DNA of 63,904 nucleotides, the filler included, from Bigelowiella natans CCMP2755 (lineage: Eukaryota; Protista; Cercozoa): NCBI GenBank assembly GCA_000320545.1. It is 9 parts of 9 records of this genome, joined end to end, with 100 filler letters (N's around TTAATTAATTAA, not from the genome) between each part and the next. Parts side by side here need not be neighbours in the genome. Positions count along the whole stretch, not along the records: positions 9,481 to 19,226 come from ADNK01002284.1; positions 19,327 to 38,697 come from ADNK01000178.1; 7 more parts are not named here. The stretch is one strand, 5' to 3'. The translations under genes and the position numbers were made by a program. A model generated the notes under the pieces. It was given only the letters and a program-made list of their open reading frames with translations, ran no database searches and had not been told where the DNA came from. Shown piece by piece: positions 13,573 to 26,299 of this stretch (the stretch's first letter is position 1; every line of letters begins with the position of its first letter).

Positions 13573-15393
13573 TCCGACAGATTTAAGCGTCAGTACATAT
13601 TCGGAGGTCATTATGGCGCCATTGTCACCTTGGCCTTCTCTCCAGACGACGCACTATTGATTTCTGGTGGGAGCGACAAGAACGTTGCCCTATGGAGCTG
13701 CAGAAACGGCAGATTCGTGCAGCTTCTCCGCTACTACAGCTCTCCAGCTTCGACAGGTGCGAAGAAATATCCTCTCCAAAACAATTTCGGTCCCAGTCAA
13801 TAGAAGGAGGGGAAATATGGTACAACGAGCGACGACTCATGACGATCAAGTCACCGCTGCTGCATTCTCTCCCAATGGGGAGTTAATCGCATCAGCAAGT
13901 AGAGATAGTAAAGTGATGGTATGGGGCCGAATGAAGAGGAGGAGAGGAAAACGAGACGTTCAAGTAGAGGACTATTGGACTCTTCTGAAAATTCTCTCCG
14001 AAAACAAAGGTATTCTCCAAAGAACAAGCATATGTAAATCGAGAAAGGCGATAAATTCGTTGGAAGTAGTCGCAATATCAACCTTTGGCTGTTGGATCGG
14101 TTCTCCGAAAGAACTAAAGAGACTCGCTTCTGTTACATCTTTGTCTGTCATTAGGCAAAGGAATACCCTTGACTATTTCCTTCGCGACTTCGGGAAAGCG
14201 CCTCCTCGTTGGCGGGTCGAATGGGTAGTAGTAGCACTTTTTAACATTTCCACCAAAAGTTATCTATCTGCGTACATATTGCTTTGAAAACAAAAGAGAG
14301 ATACAAAGATAATCCGGTTATGTTCCGAGAATGTGAGTTCAGTCACAAGGCCAAAATAGCACCGATCTTCTCTGGGATTTTTTGGTTTTTCCTTCTTCTT
14401 CTTTCTCCTGACTAGAATCATCAGCTCTTTACTGACCAGCAAATAAACTAGGTACGGCCTTCATATTTGGGAGATCGATACTTTGACGTTTGCTATCAGC
14501 CATCTATCACATTCTTCGCCTCCCGCATCATCGTCATCAGCTCTCTCGACGATGAATAATAAGGGTGGGAGAGACGGTCGGTGCTACGCTGTGCGGCATG
14601 TTGGGATTCATGGCTTGAGAATTGACCGGAAAGAAGAATGTGAGGCACTGCAGCACAGGGACCGAGGCCTCTCTGATGTAAGATATGCGGTTTGGTTTCA
14701 AGACGACAATGCCATACTCGTTGCTGGAGAAGGAATAATTGCAGCATGGGATGTCGCCGACGGTTGCAAGCGATGGGAGCAAAGGCTGGCGTTGTGGAGC
14801 GTTTCTATTGACACGGTAGGGAGCCGATCTAAAGGACGCAATGCACATCATCAGTCTTCTAAGGATTTGTCAAGAACGCATCAAATACTGCACATGAAAT
14901 TCCAATAGCTCATGGCCATAATACTGTCTGTCCTATTTTTTCGATGTGTTATTGACTAAAGGACTCTGTAAATCTAACGACAGTGCTGCTCCCCAAAGCT
15001 ATTAGCCCTCATCGTCACTATGGCCATCTGCTGCATGGAGGCAGAGGGGGTGGCAGGGACAATGACCCCGCAACGAGAATCTTCACCTTCGACAACAACA
15101 GCAGGACTTTACATATAAGATGCGCTCTAACTGGGAGAGTCTTAGAGACTCTGCATCGTAGCGGAGAAGATGAACGTGTGCGTGCTGTGGCGGCATCATT
15201 CGATACAGTTGCGTGTGGGAAGTTCATGCTACGGTCACGGGTATGTGATAGCTCTGTGGTGGGGATTTGGGGGGGGGGAACACGAGATGATAGATCTACT
15301 CTCCGCCACAGAAAAGCGATTGGTTTTTGGAATGATTTCGAGGAATGGTGGTGTGCTAGAATACGAATGACAGGATGCATGCATTCATTCTGA
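13163..15393 (+). CDS. WD40-repeat protein, multi-exon
   Basis: IECLAFSHDGELLASG; GHYGAIVTLAFSPDDALLISGGSDKNVALWS; HDDQVTAAAFSPNGELIASASRDSKVMVW. Confidence 0.88.
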
Positions 15394-15474
15394 AGAGACA
15401 AAGAGAGAATGAGACAGAGAGACAGAGAGAGAAAGAGAGAGGGAGAGAGATGTTATTTATTCATTTATATATGT

Positions 15475-15513
<39 letters not shown>

Positions 15514-15699
15514 TAATATATTGGAAATGCACACATAAACAAATTTCATAATCTTAGGAGGCCCTCGATAACCGTATCGTCAAAATTTTACGTCGCGACA
15601 TGCCCAAAGTGCCGATGCTCTATCTTGGCATTTTGCATGCGACCAGGTGGCTTCCTACTCCATCCTCGTTATGGTCGTGAGGTTCATCTAGTCGCTCAT

Positions 15700-16450
15700 A
15701 AATGCAAGAATGCTGCAAATTATTAAAATGATCAATGACTCTTATGCTGTGCGCATGCAGATATTAATGTGGTGGAACCCGAACGAAACTTTTTGAGCGT
15801 TGTGCATGTATATAACATATTGCATGTCTATCACCATGTATAGTTTTGTGGTGCTGTTTGGTCATCATTCTAGCTAGTGTCTGTGAATGCACAAAACATT
15901 ACTATTCACTTTGCTTTTATTTCATCTGTCCAAACGAGCAAATTAAACGAACATGCTCTTTCCTTGTCCAAGCCTGACTAGCTGAGCCTCGGTCCTACGC
16001 GCAACGTTCAGTTCTGCTGCGACATGATATTCATATGTTTTGAAGCACGCGAGCTAACACGGCTGATGATGCTGATATGCGATGATTTGCGACTTATTGA
16101 CCCAGCCAGCACACCATAATGCTGCTGATGCTGTTTAGCTGTACGTTCTAGCGTTACTCCCCACAGAATGCTCGGCATGTGGACCAAATGATGCATGATG
16201 CATAGGTTGCTCATGATTGCGGACGCTGCTGCTAGACTGCACAATGCTAGAATGTGATGTGTGTGATGCGCATGCACAGCATCACCGTGCCCACTACCTA
16301 GATCACACACTAGATGCAGACACATGAGCACTTTTCATAGCAAGATAGACATGCAGAGAATTCGCTACGATTGAATAAATGCGTGTGCATTAAAAACAAC
16401 ATTATTAAGGTGATATGCCATCACATCACGTTTGCAAACCATTAAACATC
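15700..16450. mobile_element. Degenerate repeat relic, partially TA-depleted and TG/CA-rich
   Basis: CATG/TGCA-rich intergenic tract between convergent WD40 and NRS/ER genes; His-rich junk ORF 16008-16331. Confidence 0.4.
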
Positions 16451-16520
16451 ATGGTTCTAAGTGCAAAAAATATGAACATAACCTAAATATAAAGGATTAT
16501 TATGAGTATAGAAGTGTATG

Positions 16521-16561
<41 letters not shown>

Positions 16562-16656
16562 CGTCACTAGTTCGGCCCTGAAGCTTCCCGATGATTCTTT
16601 CCTCAAATCCGTTTAACTGGATTTCAATGAATAGATGAACGACGCAAAATCGTAAA

Positions 16657-17091
16657 TCATGCGGTTTCCTCTTTTTGCTTCTTCACGATTTCTCCCAGCT
16701 TCTTCATCGATGCCTCCACAGCTTTCTCCACTGACGAAATCGAAAGCACAAATCAATCACGAGCACGGCACCATCAGTGATCTAAAGCACAAGTGCTCAG
16801 GCGCAAAAGTAACACACGCACACGCGCGCAAACTAAAGGCTGATTTTCCAGAAGATGTTGGTTTATGAAGCACAAACCGTGGGGGATATCAGGGAAGTCC
16901 TTCAGTAGCTTCGTCATGTCAAGCTCGGAGAACGCTCTAGGCACCGAGGTTACTTGCTGTGCCAAATGATAATACACGAATATTGATATGAATATTGATA
17001 GTAATGGTTATAATATGCGGGTGGCTTTAGATGCAGTTTGCAAATTACTTTCATATCTTAATCTCACTACACAGAATAGCGGCAGCAAAGG

Positions 17092-17125
<34 letters not shown>

Positions 17126-17880
17126 TATGAATATCTCATTTATATAAAATGTTTATTTCGTGTGTGTGTGTGTGCGTGTGCGTGTGCGTGCGTGTTTGGC
17201 GTATAGTAACCTCCTCGGCATCGATCCATGAGTGCTCCGGGTTGACCTGAAAATGATATGCGCAAAAACGACGGTGATGATTCCAATGACGACGATGATG
17301 ATGATGATGATGATGATGATAGATGATAGATGATGGATGATGATAGATGATAGATGATAGCGTTGTTAATGATAGAACATTATATGATGATAACGGTGCA
17401 ATTGATGAGAATGGTTGAAGTGACTCTTCTCAGTGCTTTCTTCTCTTTGTTAGGGGTTGGTATGGATGGATGTGTTATTGTTGTGTGTGTGTGCGTGTGC
17501 GTGTGCGTGTGTACGATATTCAGCATTTGCTGCAATTTTTTAAGCACATGCATGCTCCGTCTCCTCTCCTCCCCCATCTGCCCCAATCACCATCACGGCT
17601 GTGCTGCTATTTCGCAAACAAAGATCGAGCGGTGGTGTGCATATGATGACTCACGTATTTCTTGTACATCGAGAGAATGTACTTATTCGTCGTTACCCCC
17701 GGATTGGTGAAGTTGTAGACGCCTATCACACATATGTTACGTCAAGCATCAATTCATGATAATGCCGATGATGGTGGGAGGGGATATGGTGAAGAGGAAG
17801 GGCGGGAGATGGTGTGTATATTATGCGGTCAGTTGCGTATACTCAATGCCTTTCAGCAAAAATGGATATCGCTACCACTA

Positions 17881-17918
<38 letters not shown>

Positions 17919-19060
17919 TCCCCCGCCACCCCGCCACCCATCGGAGTCGCACCAGTAAGGTTTTTCTTGGCCATTTCAGGGATCAGAGGGAAGAGAGAAT
18001 CGATGATTGTGTATGACGTCAGCGTAGACGTGATCTGTCGATTGTGGCGGGTAAGAGAACGATGCGATAGGAAAGCAGCCGGGGCGAGTGAAACACAGAA
18101 GAATCGGGGCAAGTAAATATTCGCAAAGGGGAAGAGATGGATTGGTGATAGACCCCTAGATTTATAGTACTTTGACACGCAACCGTGCTTCGATATCGTG
18201 CATCAGCCATGCATTGCTATAGCAGCAGCAGTAGTAACCTTTGGGTACTTGCACAGCTTCGATTGTAAGGAGCGTGGGTGACCTTGCCTGAAGGAGGAGG
18301 AGGAGGAGGAGGAGGAGGAGGAGGATATTAAAAACCTCAACGACGACGATATAGAGACGATGACGACGATGATGATGATGGTGATTCAAATCTTGTCAAA
18401 CTATTGCTTTCTCCTATTCAAGCCCTCCACCCCCTCCCTCCCCCTCCCCCTAAACTTGCGAGTATTGGCATTTCTTACGAGTCCACAGGGAAGGCGATGC
18501 GAAGAGAGAGGACGTTATCGTACTGCCGCACGAGGTTTTCAAGAGCGATGCGCATGCGCCCGTAGAAGTTTCCTGGGTAAATTTTGTGCCAGATCGGGGT
18601 TTAAAAGAGAGGAGGGACGATTCAGCTCTGCGGCTTTTGAAATGACTCGTTTTTCTCCTCCGCCTCCTCCTCCTCCTCTTCCCTCCTCCTCTCATCTAAC
18701 TAGACTTGCTATAAGCTAGCGGGTATATGTATGACTGGCATGCACTCGTCGTGTTTCTCCATGCTCCATAACCCGCCCAGCTAGCGACAGCGACAGCGAC
18801 AAGGAACAACAACAACAACAACAACAAAAACCTGTGAAGTTAGGAGCGTCCTCCTCGGTGTACGCCTTACCACTTCCTTTTGGATGGTCCTTGTCGTAGT
18901 AGTAAAGGCATCCTGCCAACAATAGGAACGGGGGGGAGGGGGGTAAGGGAGCTAGGCTTTGGTAGGGAAAGAGGAGAGGGTGGGGGGGGGGGGGACCTGT
19001 TCCAAAGAGCGTGCAATGCACGCCGCGTTGACGGCAGAGTTCAGCAACGTTCAATTGTCC
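16657..19060 (-). CDS. NRS/ER: Nucleotide-rhamnose 3,5-epimerase/4-reductase (NRS/ER, UER1-like); 5' truncated
   Basis: GQLNVAELCRQRGVHCTLFGT|GCLYYYDKDHPKGSGKAYTEEDAPNFTG, LIPEMAKKNLTG, FTNPG, ILEMYKKY, VPRAFSELDMTKLLKDFPDI match recalled plant NRS/ER motifs in order; TGA at 16657-16659. Confidence 0.9.
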
Positions 19061-19082
19061 TAATTTATGTGTTTTGTGTGTG

Positions 19083-19117
<35 letters not shown>

Positions 19118-19326
19118 GTACGTTTTGCTTAAGCTCTAAATTGCGTGTTTGCAGTCGGCTCTCGCAACAACGACAACAATAACAACAACGACGACGATAT
19201 CGATTACATGTGAAGATACGAGAACANNNNNNNNNNNNNNNNNNNNNNNNNNNNNNNNNNNNNNNNNNNNTTAATTAATTAANNNNNNNNNNNNNNNNNN
19301 NNNNNNNNNNNNNNNNNNNNNNNNNN

Positions 19327-19481
19327 ATCATCAGTCATCATCATCATCATCTACATACATCGTCGCACTCATATGGGGTGCTCCATGGCGAATGCTGACG
19401 TGCGTGTGTGTGAGAGAGTTTTTGAATGTATTAGATACCAATGTAAATTTATCATCATATACGTGAATGGATGTTGGTCAC

Positions 19482-19524
<43 letters not shown>

Positions 19525-20482
19525 CTCTCTCAAGGCATCATGCAGAGAAGGGCTGCAGGGGAGGTGATAGGCGGGTGCTGCCAGAGCGAGAGCCTCCTCC
19601 TCGGCGACGATGATGGCGATGACCATGATGACGATGAGGAGATATTCCCCGAAGATGGGGTGTGGAGGCTTGAGCTCGACGAAGAAGGCCGTCGCATATG
19701 CCCGAAGAAGGGCAGCAGCAGCATGATGATGGAAAGTAGTCACGGTCGCCAGCATCAGCAGCGCCCAACGCGCAGAGGCGGAGGCGGATTGAATATATAC
19801 GCCGCGGCAGTGAACCATACGGTAGTTAGCTATTCCTTTGTCGGTTATTCTTGCAGTAGTTAGTAGTGCTAGTAGTAGTAGTAGTAGTAGTAGTACCTTT
19901 GCAAGCTTTTGTGTGGGACCACGTTCCTTAGGAAGTCGCGGAGAGTTGGTGCGAAGATTTGGTGAGAGTATACGTGTACACATTTCGAATGCTAGCAGCG
20001 GCGGCAGCGCACGGCGCAGAGGAGTGTGGGCGAGGACACCCAACCATTCATATTTTCCGTCCATCCGCCTCCTCAGCTGTTACATATGTCAATGTTCTAA
20101 TGGACTTCATACCACTGATCATCCTTTTGAGTTTCTCTTTCCTTCTTCCCCTCGCCCCCTCCCCTCGATGCTGCAAGATACCCTCCTTGGCCTTCGTTTT
20201 TCAGATTGATAGCGCAAGAGGTATGTAAGAGGGGTGAAAAAAAGGGGGGCAGGGGAGCCACTAGCACGAAATCAGCAGCACAGTATATATATATATATAT
20301 ATATATATATTGATTATTTTCACGTAAATCAATCCAATTTCCAGGTCGAATGAACAGCAGTATGGTCCAGAAAGCGTGGGAGAGAAACCTGCCTTTCTTC
20401 CAGCAGCGGGCGTCGTCGTCGAAGTCATCAACCGCACCATCTTCGCCACTACTGAATTTCCTACGTCAAAGGAAGAGGGAGA

Positions 20483-20514
<32 letters not shown>

Positions 20515-20796
20515 ACGACGACGAAGACGAAACAGGCTACTAGAAATTTGACTTCTTCTTTTCCTTCCTCTTCCTCCTCGAAAGAGAATGCAACCTCAAC
20601 AGGAGCATTGTCATTCTCGTCACAGTCTTCGTCGTCGTCGTCTTCTTCTTCTTCTTCTCCGCTCATGTACTTGCCTCCATCGTTGCTGGCTGCACTAGCG
20701 TCGAAGCCGTACTTACTGTATAAGCTTGTGCAGAAGTTGTCGTCATCCCAAAAGTGAGGCATCAGAGCTCTCTCTCTCCCTCTCCCTCTCTTTTGT

Positions 20797-20828
<32 letters not shown>

Positions 20829-20864
20829 CCTCTCTGCGCCACTGGCGCACTGCCTGCCTGCCTG

Positions 20865-20900
<36 letters not shown>

Positions 20901-21350
20901 GTGCGTGTCAGAGGTCTGTCAGAACCCCCAGCCAATACTTCCCTACATATTTCAACACGAGCAGCTTGCTCGCAAAACACCGTGTTGCAAGACAAAATTT
21001 CGTCGTCATTTTCACATTGAGCCGCGCCCGCTATTCCCGAATCATTCCTTGAAAACCATCCCCTCTCCCCCCCCGCCTTTATATGCGTGGATTTCTGAAC
21101 ACACAGCCTCCTCCTTCCTGATGGAACCACGATTAACCGAACGAATGCCTTCTCGCTGCCGAAACCGGTGATGGTGCGGGATGTGCATGTGCATGTGCAT
21201 GTATGTTTGCGTGTGTGTGTGTGTTATGTGCTAATTCGTATGAACAATTATATAATGTAATAAAACATTTGTACATATATGTATATATGTATATACACAT
21301 ATTTATATAAAATCCCGTTAATGGTATTAATGGGGAGTATTGTCCGTGCA

Positions 21351-21392
<42 letters not shown>

Positions 21393-21546
21393 TCTCTCTG
21401 GCTTCCACTCTCAGGATCGCAAAATCGTACTGGTGGGCGACGCTTCGGGCAGCTCCACTGAGCTTGAGCGCCTCGCAGCGAATGCCACACTCCTTATCCA
21501 CGAGGTAGAACTTAGCAGCAGCAGCAGTAGTAGTAGTAGTAGTAGT

Positions 21547-21587
<41 letters not shown>

Positions 21588-22013
21588 ACAAAACCTTCCA
21601 TTTGCGCACCATTCTCAGGCCACACATGCGCTCTTTAATCGGTCTCGAGTCGGGATTTTAGAAGATGTACGTATGCAGAACCCCCCCCCCCTCCACCCCT
21701 CCCCCCAAGAAAAAGAAGTGGTTTAAAGGTCGAGGAAGGAGATAGATGTTCTTTTTCAGCATCGTGCAGAAACGCATTGAAATTTGTCAGAAGGGTGTTC
21801 CTGCAAAGCGCCGCGCAGTTGTTATTGTAGTTGTTTTCCCATTATGAACGGCTTCGCTTCTCCGTGCTCTGAATTGCTTTTTTGACGTTCCGCCGTCCAC
21901 CTTTGCATGCGAGGATGATGCCGAAGAAGATGATAATGATAATCGTTACGAATATCTTCTCGGCTTTCTCTGCCGTTCTCAGTTCGCATTGCCCTCTAAT
22001 GAATGCATAATAT

Positions 22014-22087
<74 letters not shown>

Positions 22088-22375
22088 TTTATGAAATATG
22101 ACAATAAACTCCCAAACTAACTATTCCTACCTTGTCATCTTCTCCTCCCTTTTCGTCCCCTTCCTCCTCCTCCACCCACTCCTCCTCCCCTTCTTCTCCT
22201 CTCGCATTGTAATGCGTACAGGTGGAGGATATTCCAACGGTGCTGGGCCATAGCACCGCTGAGAGGGCTGGCGATTTTGCCAAGGTATTATTTGCGACGA
22301 TGCTGTTACTGGCGCATACATATATCCTCATTGTCCTCATTTCCTCCTCCTCCTCCTCTTCCTCCTACTACTACT

Positions 22376-22408
<33 letters not shown>

Positions 22409-22629
22409 CACGACTACTCCTACCATTACTTGTGTTCTCTAACAACGTCGTCGTTACCAACTCTTAACACGTGCTTATTTACCCGCAATGCTGCGCATGT
22501 GCGTGCATGCGTTCGTGCAGAAAATCGGATGCCAGGTCTTGGTGCTGAGCCACTTCTCACGCGTTTATGGAGGCGATGCAAGCAATGCTTCGGCAAGGGT
22601 AACAAGGGTCGTAGATAGTTGATAGTTGA

Positions 22630-22665
<36 letters not shown>

Positions 22666-22735
22666 GGGGACATGATAAGAAGCAGAAGTGATATGTAGTT
22701 GAAAACGCCTTTAGAAACAAATCCCTCTCTTCGTT

Positions 22736-22776
<41 letters not shown>

Positions 22777-23066
22777 CTGTGTACGCACGCAACAACAACT
22801 TGAGTTTTGGCCGTGTCCCGTCGCCATCACGGCCGCCATACAGATGATGAGCAGAGTGGAGGAAGTGGCTCGCAAGGCAAGTGACCTCCAAGGTGTTGTT
22901 TCCGCCCTATTTGCCCTCGGTTCGACCTCCCTCCCATTTCTTGCGAAGAGGGGGCGGCGTGTTGTATGCTGAGATGCTTCTCTCGCTGTGTATGTGTGTG
23001 GGTGTGTGTGATTCTACCGAACGGAGAAAAGTGAGAGTGTTTGATGTCACGTTGTCTCCGGCCTGA
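19327..23066 (+). CDS. RNase Z-like metallo-beta-lactamase-fold hydrolase, multi-exon; 5' truncated
   Basis: RKIVLVGDAS...ANATLLIHE|ATH, GHSTAERAGDFAK, VLVLSHFSRVY are the RNase Z motif IV, HEAT, HST and motif V signatures. Confidence 0.8.
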
Positions 23067-23559
23067 GCCCTTATTCGCAGGGCAAATATGACATCGTTTT
23101 GCATACTTTCGCGCATAAAAGCGCGGTTTGATCAGTTCATAAAAGAGCACTGACGCGCGTGTGTGGGTGGCATCAGGTCACCGTGTAATTGCAGCCTGGG
23201 ACGGACTCTCCCTCCCTGTACCACATCACGATAAGATTTGGAGCTAACCTCCTGGATTTCATTGAAGAGGCGGGCGGAAGTGCTGAACCCTTGGATCAAA
23301 TGAAAAGCACGACATTGTTATTCCGATCGAAGCTAACAGCCACTGCAAACGCCATGGCATAGCACACTGAAGCGATGGTGATGATTAGTGCTAGTAATAC
23401 TTGTAATGGCTCGAGCAGAATGCAAATTGTCGATCGAACATCGATCTTGGTGATGATGACACCCATGAACATGCAACCGCTATGTCTAGATGTTGTCATT
23501 CTTTGCAATTAATACGTCATCCTGCTGTTACTCCAAAACACGAAGCAGGTTAGTCTAAG

Positions 23560-24830
23560 CTTGTTACATGCCAGCAGCAGGATGTAGATGTCCACAATTG
23601 ACATTGTGTTGCACTGAACTAACAATGCAAAATGATGGACTCATCAAATGTGAAGCATCATGTGTGCAGCTAGCGCAGCAGTGTGGTGCAGCAAAAGCTA
23701 GAAAAGTGGCGGAAACAATGGCGCACGTGCATGACACATGCAGGCCACAGCTGGCACAGGTGGCGCTACGTTGGGCATCCAGCATGCAAACAAGCTAGCA
23801 AGTGTGGCATTTCTGAGCCAGCTGCGTTCAGCACACGTGCACACCATCCACTGTGCGGCGTGCACATTTTTGGTTCACTGTTTGTTGGGCATTTTCCCAA
23901 GCTAGCAAGTCTCATCTACCAAAATGTTGAGCGACAAGAGACTTGAGAATTGTGACCTGCCCAGGCAGGCCATCAGGTCTGCAGATTCATCCTTGGCCTC
24001 TGCGCGTGCAATCTGGAGAGAGACGAACGCAAGGAGGAGTCTCTCCCATGGGAGTGACTTCCCCTTGGACGAACGCTCGTGCAGATGTGAGGGCACCCAG
24101 GTTTGATTTCGCGGCCAAAAATTGTCGGTTAGCGATTTGGTTTGCGGCAAAATGTTGGCACCATCTTCGAACTTCTGTGTCCAAAATTCCCATGTGGGAG
24201 ACGATGAAAGTGTCGGATGCATCCAAGTGTGTCCGAAGATTCATTTGTCTCTCAGAATTTCCGAAGGTGTCCGAATGCATCCGATGGAATTCTGTGCAAA
24301 TTGAGCTGCGTGTTGCGCTGTTCAGGTCATTGATCGCATGCTGACACCGATGCAATGAAACAATGAAACAATGATGAAAAACCACATTTCCAAAGTGTTG
24401 CAAGACACTTGCAGTGTGCAAAATGCAGTGCGTCGAACTGGTTTCAGTGAGGACTGTGACTAGCAAATCAACTAGCTGGTTTGCCAAAATGGCATGACTT
24501 GGTCATTGAGAAGCAATGACGCTAGCAGCAAAATTCTGACGGCGCAAGACCTCCACTCTGAGCAAAAACTTCCTGAAAGCCATGTCCACACGACGATCTA
24601 CGATTGGATCATCTGAGGGGGCCCCCAGCAGAATTTTGGTTTTGGAGGAGTCTGGAGCGTCAAAGAATGAAGAGTGGAGGGAAGAAGCTGAACCCAGAGC
24701 TGATCTCATGTGCGAGAGAAGCTTGCATCTCTCTGCATTCAAGTGAGTGCAATGATGGATGAGGTGGTTGACACTTTGAACAACTTCAGCATTGCAAAGA
24801 GGACACACCGAGAAAGAGGGGGGCAAATTG
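23560..24830 (-). mobile_element. Degenerate non-LTR retrotransposon relic with C-terminal CCHC zinc-knuckle region; hypermutated
   Basis: CPLCNAEVVQSVNHLIHHCTHLNAER...ILLG resembles the LINE ORF2 C-terminal CX2C...H...C motif. ORFs 24503-24826 and 23987-24487 are in the same frame, separated by one TGA; no Tyr codons. Confidence 0.65.
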
Positions 24831-25057
24831 TAAATTTTAGCCCTGCATCAGATCTGGGTACGGAATTCCTGAGCAAGGTGAGTTCTTGCTCACGAAATTC
24901 GACCGCGCGAAATTTTAAAAGTACTTACCGAATTTTTATGGGGTCGAAAATCGACGATGTCCTGACATCCATGTAATCCGTGGATCACACCTTGATATGT
25001 TTTAGTGGATTTCACCCTGTCATTAGCGATTCTTAGCGATTTGGTCAGCGTTGAACT

Positions 25058-25160
25058 CAGGAAATCCTAGGAGATGATGAGTCTGTCCGACGCGTCCGAA
25101 GATGTCCGAAGGTCTTAGGAAATCCTGAAATCCGGAAATCAGGAAATCCTAGGAAATCCT
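25058..25160. repeat. Cluster of (A)GGAAATC(CT) motifs upstream of the surface-protein gene
   Basis: About five GGAAATC copies seen directly, plus TGTCCGA/GTCCGAAG repeats. Confidence 0.75.
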
Positions 25161-25354
25161 TAATGATTCAGACAGTTCATTTTTCGGCCGCGTTCTCTTC
25201 TCCGATTAGCGACATCGGTTTTCGGTTCTTCGTGTGGAAATGGCAATACGTTTTCCCTTATTACGCTTGCATGCGACGACGTTACTCGTGCGGTGCTGTA
25301 GACAAGGCACTCACTGGTTCTCATTAACATCGTTGTCCGCAATCCATCCCAACC

Positions 25355-26293
25355 ATGATCCCCGCCTTCGCACTTTTACTACTCTGGGTATCCACAGCGT
25401 CAGCGTCCTGTTATTCCGTCCGAAATGACGCGTCGTGGGTTAAGGTTCGCACGATCAATTCCAGCGCGGCTGAATGTCCACATTTCACCGACAGCCTTGA
25501 CGGGACTCAAGCTGTTGGTGCTGTCACAGGCGGCGAAGTCATCCAAACTTACAACGGCAGCAGCATTGTGGGGTTCAAGTTTGAAACGGGTAACGGAGCG
25601 AATTTCCTCATCGCAACAAGGTTTCAAGTCATCGGGGAAACCTACACTACCTCACGAGACGTTTATTGCAGCAGCTATTCCAACAGTTCCTACACAGCAG
25701 AGTGGTACAACCGTGGGAGCGGCAGCCCAAGCGACCCTTTGATATTTCTCCGGGGCTACAGCACCACCGTCTCTTCAAAACAAGATTGCTTCTACTGCGA
25801 ATATCAAGCTAGTATACCTGACCCATTCCAAACGATGTGGCAGGCCAACGGCGGTATTGACATCTACGTGACCTCCAACCAAGTCTTCCCGACCAGTTCT
25901 CCAACAGCCATGCCAACCGCAAGCCCCGCAACCACGAGCCCAACCACGAGCCCGACCGCAAGCCCCGCAACCACGAGCCCAACCACGAGCCCGACCGCAA
26001 GCCCCGCAACCGCAAGCCCCGCAACCACGAGCCCGACCGCAAGCCCCGCAACCGCAAGCCCGACCTCAAGCCCGACCTCAAGCCCGACCTCAAGCCCGAC
26101 CTCAAGCCCGACCTCTAGCCCGGATGATGACGATGCCGAAAGCATTGTGGGTCCTGTCGTCGGTGCGGTCTGCGGATTCTTGGTGTTGGCAGCTGTTGTT
26201 GGATACTGCTACTACCAGCGAGGCAAGCCCAGCGTCGACCAAAACTTCGCTGGAGTAGTCAATGACCAAAAAGGGGGAAATGACGCATTGTAG
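25355..26293 (+). CDS. Intronless type I membrane/surface protein: signal peptide, Cys-containing ectodomain, Ser/Thr/Pro mucin stalk, TM helix, short tail
   Basis: MIPAFALLLLWVSTASA signal; SPTA/SPAT/SPTS repeats; IVGPVVGAVCGFLVLAAVVGYCYY TM segment; uninterrupted 312-aa ORF. Confidence 0.88.
   Translation: MIPAFALLLLWVSTASASCYSVRNDASWVKVRTINSSAAECPHFTDSLDGTQAVGAVTGGEVIQTYNGSSIVGFKFETGNGANFLIATRFQVIGETYTTSRDVYCSSYSNSSYTAEWYNRGSGSPSDPLIFLRGYSTTVSSKQDCFYCEYQASIPDPFQTMWQANGGIDIYVTSNQVFPTSSPTAMPTASPATTSPTTSPTASPATTSPTTSPTASPATASPATTSPTASPATASPTSSPTSSPTSSPTSSPTSSPDDDDAESIVGPVVGAVCGFLVLAAVVGYCYYQRGKPSVDQNFAGVVNDQKGGNDAL
25890..26123 (+). repeat. Coding minisatellite (12-15 bp units such as AGCCCGACCTCA and AGCCCCGCAACC)
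   Basis: Tandem units seen directly, encoding SPTS/SPATT. Confidence 0.92.
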
Positions 26294-26299
26294 GCCCAA

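Noticed and set aside
25890-26123. Repeat array considered as CRISPR or regulatory
   Set aside because: In-frame coding repeats for a Ser/Thr/Pro stalk.
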